64,000 bases of DNA from Blastocladiella emersonii ATCC 22665 (Eukaryota > Fungi > Blastocladiomycota). Positions 57,154 to 64,000 of the stretch are shown here, piece after piece; positions within the stretch are counted from its first letter, which is position 1, and every line of letters begins with the position of its first letter. A model generated the notes under the pieces. It was given only the letters and a program-made list of their open reading frames with translations, made no database searches and was not told where the DNA came from. Made by a program: the position numbers and the translations under genes. The stretch spans positions 558,001 to 622,000 of the forward strand of contig JANHCV010000003.1 in assembly GCA_025594325.1 (NCBI GenBank), given 5' to 3'.

Positions 57154-59217
57154 ATGGCACCGACACCCGCGCGCACGCCCAAGCGCAAACGCGCGCCCGC
57201 CGCGCCGGCGTCCCCCGACGCCGAGCAGCAGCCGGCACACCTGCGCTCGGCGCGCCGCATCTTCCAGACCGCGCTGGCCGAGACCAACCGCGCGTCCTCT
57301 TCCTCCTCCTCATCCGCCGCAGCGTCGCCCTCGCGCGCGGTCCCGAAACGCCCCGAGGACCTGATTCTCGACGACGACGAGGACGACGCGCTACCCCGTT
57401 CGTCGCAGGCGCAGCTTCTCGCCGAGCAGGCGACGCCGCGGGCCACGTCCGCGCGCGGATCGACCAAATCCGCCGCCGCCTCGCCGGCGCCGTCGTCGCA
57501 GCCGGGCGCCGCCGACGATGACGACGCGGACGAGTCGGACCTCCTCGCGCGGCACCGGCGGCGGCACGGGCTCGACGGCGGGTTCGGGCCCGCACGGACC
57601 CCCGGCAAGGCGCGCGTGCGGATGCTGCACGCGGCCGGGATCAACACCGACGAGGCCGCTGCGTCGCCGCTGCGCAAGCAGGTCGTAGCCGACGACGACG
57701 ACGACGACGACGAGGTGCCGGATACGCCCACGAAACGCGTCGCATCGACGCGGAAACGCACCGCCTCGGTCGCCGCGCTCGACCAGACCCCGCCGACCAA
57801 GCGGGCCGCGACGCCCAGGGTGCCGCCCAAGACCCCCGCCAAGACGCCCGCTGCGCGCACCAAGACCCCGCGTACCCGCGCCGTGTCGCCGTCGCCCACG
57901 CCCAAGCGCGTCACGCGCAGTGGAGCGGCGAGCGCGGCGGCGTCGGCCCGCAAGACGCCGGCGCGTGGAAGTCGTGCGCGCGTCGAAGCCGAGGTGGAGG
58001 AGGTGGCCGAGTCCGAGGAGGAAGAAGTGGAGGAAGTCGAGGAGGACGAGCTCGCCGGGTCGCCGAAACCACCACGGGCCCGCACCGGTAACGCGGCCGC
58101 CAACATCCTGTTCACCGCCGCGGCTGCCGAACGGCGCGAGGCCGCCGCTGCCGCCGCCGAGGAGCACGATGACGGGGACGGCGGCGTGGACCGTTTCTTC
58201 GAGGAGCAGTCGACGACAAAAGTCCTGACGTCCGACAACACGCTAGCGTCGCTGCCGTCGCTGACACACCGCGAGTACCTCGAGGCCGTGGACGCGCTGG
58301 ACGCCGACACGCACTCGAATCTGCACGCCGGCGCGATCGCCGCGCTGCACGCGCTGCACCGGCGGTGTTTCGCGCAGTGGACCTTCGAGCTGTCGCAGGG
58401 CTTCAACCTGCTGTTCCTCGGGTACGGCTCCAAGTACGCGCTCGTGTCCGAGTTCGTGTCCGCGGCGCTCGCCGACACCCACGACGTGGTCACCGTGACG
58501 GGGTTCCACCCGCTCGCGTCCGCGAAATCGCTCCTCGCGACGCTATCAACGGCGCTCGAGTGTCCCGCACCCTCGGGGCTCGCGGACCACACGCTCGCCG
58601 TGACGGCGGCCCTCGACACGCACTACTCGCCCGCGGACCCGCTGGTCCTCGTCGTCCACAACATCGACGCGCCCGCGCTCCGGTCCGCGGACCGCGCGCA
58701 GCCCGTGCTGGGCGCGCTCGCCGCGCACCCACACGTGCGGCTCATCGCGACGGCCGACCACATCCAGACGCCGCTGGCGTGGGATTTCGCGCAGCTCGCG
58801 CGGTTCGCGTGGGCGGCGCACCACGTGGCGACGTTCGCGGCGTACTCGCGCGAGACGGCGTTCGAGAACGCCCTCATGGTGCAGAAGGGCGCGACCACGC
58901 CCGCCGCCGTCGTCACGGTGCTCGCGTCGCTGCCGGCCAACTCGGCCGCGTGTTTCGCACTGCTCGCGCGCGACCTGCTCGCCCAGCATAAGCAGGATGG
59001 GCAGGTCGCGGGGATGGCGTACCCGACGTGGTTCGCGCGGTGCCGCGAACAGTTCCTCGTCAACGAGGAGGCGAGCTTCCGCACCGTCGTCGCCGAGTTT
59101 CGCGACCACCACGTCGTCGCGGCGCGTCGCGTCGACGGCGTCGAGATGCTCACCATCGCGCTCCCGCCCGCCGCTATCGAGGCCGTGCTTGAGCGGATCA
59201 ACCAGCCCGCCGCTTAA
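57154..59217 (+). CDS. ORC2: Origin recognition complex subunit 2, intronless
   Basis: Start GCCATGG at 57154. Disordered TP-rich N-half, then FAQWTFELSQGFNLLFLGYGSK, VTGFHP, LVVHNID, LIATADHIQTPLAWD, HHVATFAAY...E, FLVNEEASFRTVVAEFRDH. Confidence 0.93.
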   Translation: MAPTPARTPKRKRAPAAPASPDAEQQPAHLRSARRIFQTALAETNRASSSSSSSAAASPSRAVPKRPEDLILDDDEDDALPRSSQAQLLAEQATPRATSARGSTKSAAASPAPSSQPGAADDDDADESDLLARHRRRHGLDGGFGPARTPGKARVRMLHAAGINTDEAAASPLRKQVVADDDDDDDEVPDTPTKRVASTRKRTASVAALDQTPPTKRAATPRVPPKTPAKTPAARTKTPRTRAVSPSPTPKRVTRSGAASAAASARKTPARGSRARVEAEVEEVAESEEEEVEEVEEDELAGSPKPPRARTGNAAANILFTAAAAERREAAAAAAEEHDDGDGGVDRFFEEQSTTKVLTSDNTLASLPSLTHREYLEAVDALDADTHSNLHAGAIAALHALHRRCFAQWTFELSQGFNLLFLGYGSKYALVSEFVSAALADTHDVVTVTGFHPLASAKSLLATLSTALECPAPSGLADHTLAVTAALDTHYSPADPLVLVVHNIDAPALRSADRAQPVLGALAAHPHVRLIATADHIQTPLAWDFAQLARFAWAAHHVATFAAYSRETAFENALMVQKGATTPAAVVTVLASLPANSAACFALLARDLLAQHKQDGQVAGMAYPTWFARCREQFLVNEEASFRTVVAEFRDHHVVAARRVDGVEMLTIALPPAAIEAVLERINQPAA

Positions 59218-59257
59218 TACAAGGTCGCTTGATTTATATTGCACACAATGATGACCG

Positions 59258-62207
59258 CTAGACGGCCTCGGTCGCATGCGCCACGCGCTGCTGCCGCGCC
59301 GCGTACCCGGCCACGAGCCGCCGGTGCACGGGGTCCATGCAGCTCGACGCGACGAGCTCGTCGAGCAGCCGCTCCGCGCCGGCTGCTGCGCCGCGCGCCG
59401 CCCACGCCGCCGCGACCTTGACGGCCGCCAGCCGCACAAACGACTCGGGGCTCCGTAGCGTCGTGCGCAGGACCGACTCGAGCGCGTCGCGGGTGTCGCG
59501 GGGTAGTGCCGACGGGGAGGAAGAAGATTCGAGCGCTCGTGCAATGTACCCGAGCAGGTTGGCGTACGCCGGGATCGCGTCGGACCCGGTCTCGGGCGTC
59601 GCGGCGGACGCGACGGCGGCGGCCGTGAACCGGACGATCTGGTCGAGGAACGCAGCCCCCGCGCCGCCCGGTCTTGGCGGGACCAGGAGCCCGGCGACAC
59701 ACTGGTCGAGCCAGTACGCGATGGGCGACGCGGGCGCAATTTGCGTTGCGGCGGCGAGCAGGACGGCGAGCGCGTCGGCGGCGTATTCAGGTGGGACGGC
59801 CGCGAGGACGTGGTGGGCTGCAAGGACACACTCGGCCGCGAGATCATCGCCTTCTCCCGCACCCGCGCCCTGCGTCGCCGCGTAGTGCAGGAGCCCCTGG
59901 AGGTGCTCGACGAGCGCGCCGGCGGGCGGCGGGGCGGTGCGCACGTGCGCGGTGAACCGGTACAGCTCGACGAGCGTGACGCGGGCGTCGGCCATGGCGA
60001 GGACGAGGTCCTCGACGGGGTCTTCAGGCGCGGCGGCGTCGGTGCTGCGCGACGCGAGCCAGATCGGCGACACGACGGGCCGCGCGGGCTCGTCAAGGTC
60101 CTCGATCGGCGGCTCGATGATGAGCCGCTTACCGCGGGCCCCGCTACCTGCAGGCGCGGCCGTGGCCGGCCTTGGTGGGCTGGTACGGTGCATCGAGAGG
60201 TCGCCGATATCCGCAAAACTCGCGTCCCCTGCCCCACCATCGTCGTCGTCGTACTCGTGGTTCGGCGGCGTCGGCGGCGCGAGCTCCTGGATCCGCTGCG
60301 CGAGCCGGGCGCCCTCGTCGTCGTGGCGCTCCATCCAGTCGGCGATGGCGTCAGGGTCCTCGGCCTCGATCCAGTGGCCGAGGAACACGGACGAGTCGAC
60401 GCCCGCGGCCGCGTCGAGGGCGCGCGCGAGGAGCGAGATCCACCGGTCGCTCGGCAGCGTGCGCAGGGCCTCCTCGCGGGTCTCGGCGACCACCGCCGAA
60501 ATCTCCCCGCGCGGGAACATGGCGGACGCGTCGGCGAGCGCGACAACGAGGTCGACGGCGTCGTCGAGGTCGGCGAACGCGGCCGACCACAGGAGCGCGG
60601 GGTCGTCGAGCGCCGCGGTCGTCAGCGGGACATGTGCCGAGGCGAGCGCGGCCAGCACGGCCTGGCGGACCGCGGGCGCCATGGCGTCGAGGGCGTCTTC
60701 CGACTCGGGGTCGCCCGTGGCGCGCCGCGCCGACGCCTCGGCCAGCATGTGCAGCATGTACGCGAGACACTGCGTGGCTGTCTCGTACTCTTGCCCCGCG
60801 AGCGCGTCCTCGTACGCCTCGAGCCACACGTGGATGTTCTCGTCGTCGGCCTCCTCCCCGTCCTCTTCGGCTGCCGCGGACCCGCTGCCGCTCTCCGAGC
60901 TCGGTGTCCGGTCGCGCGCGGGCGCGGGGGACGGCGGCGACTGCCGCGGCGCGGTCCACGCCGAGGACGCGGGCGTCGAGGTGATGGTGGCGGTGCCGCC
61001 GAGGGCGCTGGCGGGCATCGAGACGGAGAGGGCGGAGCCGAACAGACCGCCCGTGATCTCGCTGCTGTTGGACAGCGGGGACGAGACGCCGACGTTGTTG
61101 AGGCTCGAGCCGCGCGCGGGCAGGCTGTTGGAGCGCGGTGGCGTCGACGCACCCAGGGTCGGGCTGGCGGCAGCGGGCGTCGTCGGCGTGCCCGCTGCAC
61201 TCCCGGGCGAGGCGCCGGCGGCGGTGACGAGCGATGGGCGCGATTTGCCGGGACCCTTGGCGAGGATCTTGCGGACGGCGGGTTCCATTTTGTTGAGGAT
61301 GCTGCAAACACGAAAAAAATCAGTCGCTCGTCCCATCAAGCGATACCAGCGCGAACGTACGTGCTAGCGCGCGAGGGCGCGATCCGCTCAAACTCCCAGT
61401 AGCAGTCGCGGGCGACCTCGCGGACCTGGGCGTTGGAGTCGGAGACGGCCTTCTTGATCGCGCGCTCGAGCACGTCGAGGAACTTGGCGACGCTGTCGGG
61501 GGTCGCGACGGCGAGCACCTCGTAGAGCAGCTGCATGGCGTAGGACCGGACCTGGGTGTTCTTGTCGTCGACAAGGGTGGCGACGCGGTCGAGCACGCGC
61601 GGCTTGAGCGAGCAGTGGACGAGGACGGTGGCGGCGGTCGCGGCGCCCGACGAGTGCACGAGCTTCTTGGTCGAGCCGATCAGCTTGGACATGGTGGTGA
61701 TGATGGGCTCCGAGACGGGGTCGAGCAGGCGGCCGAGCGTCGCCACGACCTCGGCGAGCGCCGAGCACGCCGTGACGACGAGCGCGGTGCGCAGACTGAG
61801 CGACTACGGGTGTCGTCGGAGCAGCAGCGTTGAGTGAGTGCGCACAACGGGTCCCTCCACTCGGGCCGTACCGCAGTCAGAACGTCGTCCAGGATCCGGC
61901 GCACGCCCGCGACGACCGAGTCGACGGTCGCGGGATCCTCGGCCCAGCCGAGCGGGCCGGGCGCGCTGCGCATGAGGGCGCGCAGGCGGCGCAGGGCGTC
62001 GTCGCGGCGCTCCCAGTTGTCCTCGGTCTCCTTTCCCGCAAAGACGTGGGCGAGCGCGGCAAACTCCTGGTCGGCGTCGCGCGGCGAGTTGATCGGGATC
62101 GAGTCGCGGCCGAGCGACGACGCCGCGGCGGGCCCGCCCAGCTTGGACGGGCCGACGCGCGGCGACCCGGGGGCGCCCGATCCGGCGCGGCGGCGGGCAG
62201 CGTCCAT
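59258..62207 (-). CDS. STU1: CLASP/Stu1 microtubule plus-end protein (CLASP_N TOG domain), 3 exons
   Basis: FAGKETEDNWERRDDALRRLRAL...|SLRTALVVTAC...LIGSTKKLV...DKNTQVR...AVSDSNAQVREVARDCYWEF, followed by an S/P-rich linker and helical repeats. Confidence 0.85.
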
Positions 62208-62570
62208 GGTGTGCGGCTGCGGCAGGGGTCGTGGTTGCGTTGCACCGGGTCTGGCTCGCCGGCGTGGGGTTGCTTGATACGTTGGTGCGTGCGGCGAGGG
62301 GAGGGGAGAGGAAGCGAGGGGAGGCACACGAGCGACCGCGTGGGCCGCGCTGTGTGACCGCCGCCACTCGACCAGCCAGCGCGCCTCAAAGCGGACTCTC
62401 GCTCCCGCAGCCTGGGCGATCATGGAACAACGCAACTCAACTCAACCACGAAAGCAGATGCATCACATTGACGCTGGTGAAGCGTGAAGAGGCTCATTTA
62501 TGATCGCGTCACACGGCTGCCCGCCTCCAAACCCCTCACGGTCGGTGCTGTCGTCGCTCACGTTGCTCGA

Positions 62571-63304
62571 TCATCGCGCGCGAGGCCTGAGTCGTGAGTG
62601 CTTGATCATGTCGCGTACCTTCCGCGTTGTGCGAGCGCCGGCCCGTTTTTCTGCTCGACTTGTTGTGTGGATGCTTCGCTGGCGCCTCGCTGGCGCCTCG
62701 CTGGCTGACCGACGCGCCCTCGCGAACTCGGCACCGTGGCCCGACTTTGGATCATCTGTGTCTTCGACTGCGCCGCTTTACCACTGCCCTGCTCAGTGGT
62801 TCCTCAGGCGCTCGCGTTGACGGCTCTGAAAGCTCACAGCGGCGCAGCGAGGCAAGGATGTGCCCATCGCCATGCACGGCCCTGGCGAGGCGAAGCCTGA
62901 TGACGGGGTATCTTCGGCCCAAGTCAGGAAAATACGGTACAACAACAATTCACGTCGAAATTGGCTTGGAGCTCTGAGTATGTAGATTCGCACACCTCGC
63001 GGCGTCCATGGCTCGCCGCTTGGCGTATCGCGAAGCCCCTGCCCGGTACCTGGCCTCGATCTCGGCCTGCTCCACAACTCATCGCGCACGAGGCCTGAGC
63101 CGTGAGTGTTTCATTGTCACGCGTCTCTTACGCGTTGTATGATACGAGGCCCGCCCCGTTCGTCGGCTCGAATTTGTCCTTCCGGGCTACGCCGATGCTT
63201 CGCTTGCTGGTCGAGGGGCCCTCGCGAACTTGACTGCGCTGCTTTTCGTCGTGTGATCACAGCCCTGATCAGCGGTTCTTCAGGCGCCGCGTTGACTGCT
63301 CTGA
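62571..63304. repeat. Degenerate direct repeat pair (62571-62829 and 63079-63304) in a lower-GC island
   Basis: Shared blocks TCATCGCGC.CGAGGCCTGAG.CGTGAGTG, GCCCTCGCGAACT and CAGGCG..GCGTTGAC.GCTCTGA. The second copy carries a deletion of about 33 nt. Confidence 0.75.
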
Positions 63305-64000
63305 CGCATCACACAATTGTGCAACAAATCAACCGAAGAGAGGATCTATCAGGAGAAACGCGAGAGAGGATACAAACGAAAGATCTAAGTCGTGATGACC
63401 GTACCTTGGCCACGCCGAGGATTTCCCATCGAGCGTCTGATTCCATCAGCGCCCGCTCGTAGTCTGCCATTAGCTTGGCATACTTCTGGTCGATCTCCGC
63501 AGCCGTCCTTGTCGATGCACGAGTGTCCGCTGGCTTCGTCTTGCGAATGGGTCAAGTTCGCGACTTGGACGCCAGAACCGCGTCGCGCCACTTGCGTCAC
63601 GTCTGTCCGTCATCGCTCATGTTGGAACTCGTGAAAGTACATGAGATCAAGGGGTATAACTTTGCTTGCGTCACCATCCGCTCGTAACTGCGAGGGGCGG
63701 GCGACGTATCGTGAAGTCTTGTCTTCGATTTGCTTCGCCGCGTGACTAGAGCTCAGTACGCAAGCCATCACAGAGCCTTCCACTTCTGCGCGCGCTCGAG
63801 AAGCTGCGGCTATCTTCAGCAATCAATTGCGGAAAGCGCAGAACGTCAATCCAGAACGGTGCCGTGCGGTGCTCAGCTCCCCAGTCGACTTGCTGGCACC
63901 GCGTCGCACCGCCCATCGACGCGGTGCTCATGCACTTCCCTACGCCACGTACTGTTCGAGCTCAACGAGAAACCTTGAACTCGCTATAAAACCCCCTCGA

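Noticed and set aside
1-64000. CRISPR arrays, tRNA/rRNA genes, prokaryotic operons, intact transposases
   Set aside because: The DNA is eukaryotic and spliced. I saw no regularly spaced repeats, cloverleaf or rRNA sequence, or transposase/RT/integrase motifs. GTG/TTG starts in the ORF track are not real starts here.

Overview
Eukaryotic, intron-containing and very GC-rich fungal DNA. Evidence: a fused LYS4 homoaconitase, a THI20-type fusion, and short GT-AG introns with GTACG(C/T) donors, CTGAC/CTAAC branch points and YAG acceptors. An RTEL1-type helicase and a DUF4436 protein point to an early-diverging lineage such as Blastocladiomycota; this placement is inference. About 30 genes can be modelled by hand: CenH3, PCF11, FIS1, an MRN1/Nrd1-like RRM protein, a DUF4436 protein, a probable SYCP2/Red1-type axis protein, two 7TM receptor-like proteins, GNA1, VFA1, an Mtf2-like protein, CBC2, THI20, COX12, EFM3, RTEL1, LYS4, an ABC1 kinase, SMC3, ORC2, CLASP/STU1 and two tandem pairs of orphan paralogs. 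Lower-GC degenerate islands lie at about 17.9-20.4 kb and 62.4-64 kb. Most long ORFs in the supplied track are antisense shadows of GC3-biased genes. The strongest signal is PCF11 intron 1: it is about 10 times the local intron length, has no AG dinucleotide over about 595 nt, carries an internal AATAAA, and appears to sit at the same codon position as the vertebrate PCF11 intron 1 that carries the autoregulatory intronic poly(A) site. Other leads are a pentameric ligand-gated ion channel-like signature in the DUF4436 protein, a haloalkane-dehalogenase-like pseudoenzyme, and orphan tandem families with clear linear motifs. All gene models and homology calls were read by eye and have not been database-verified.
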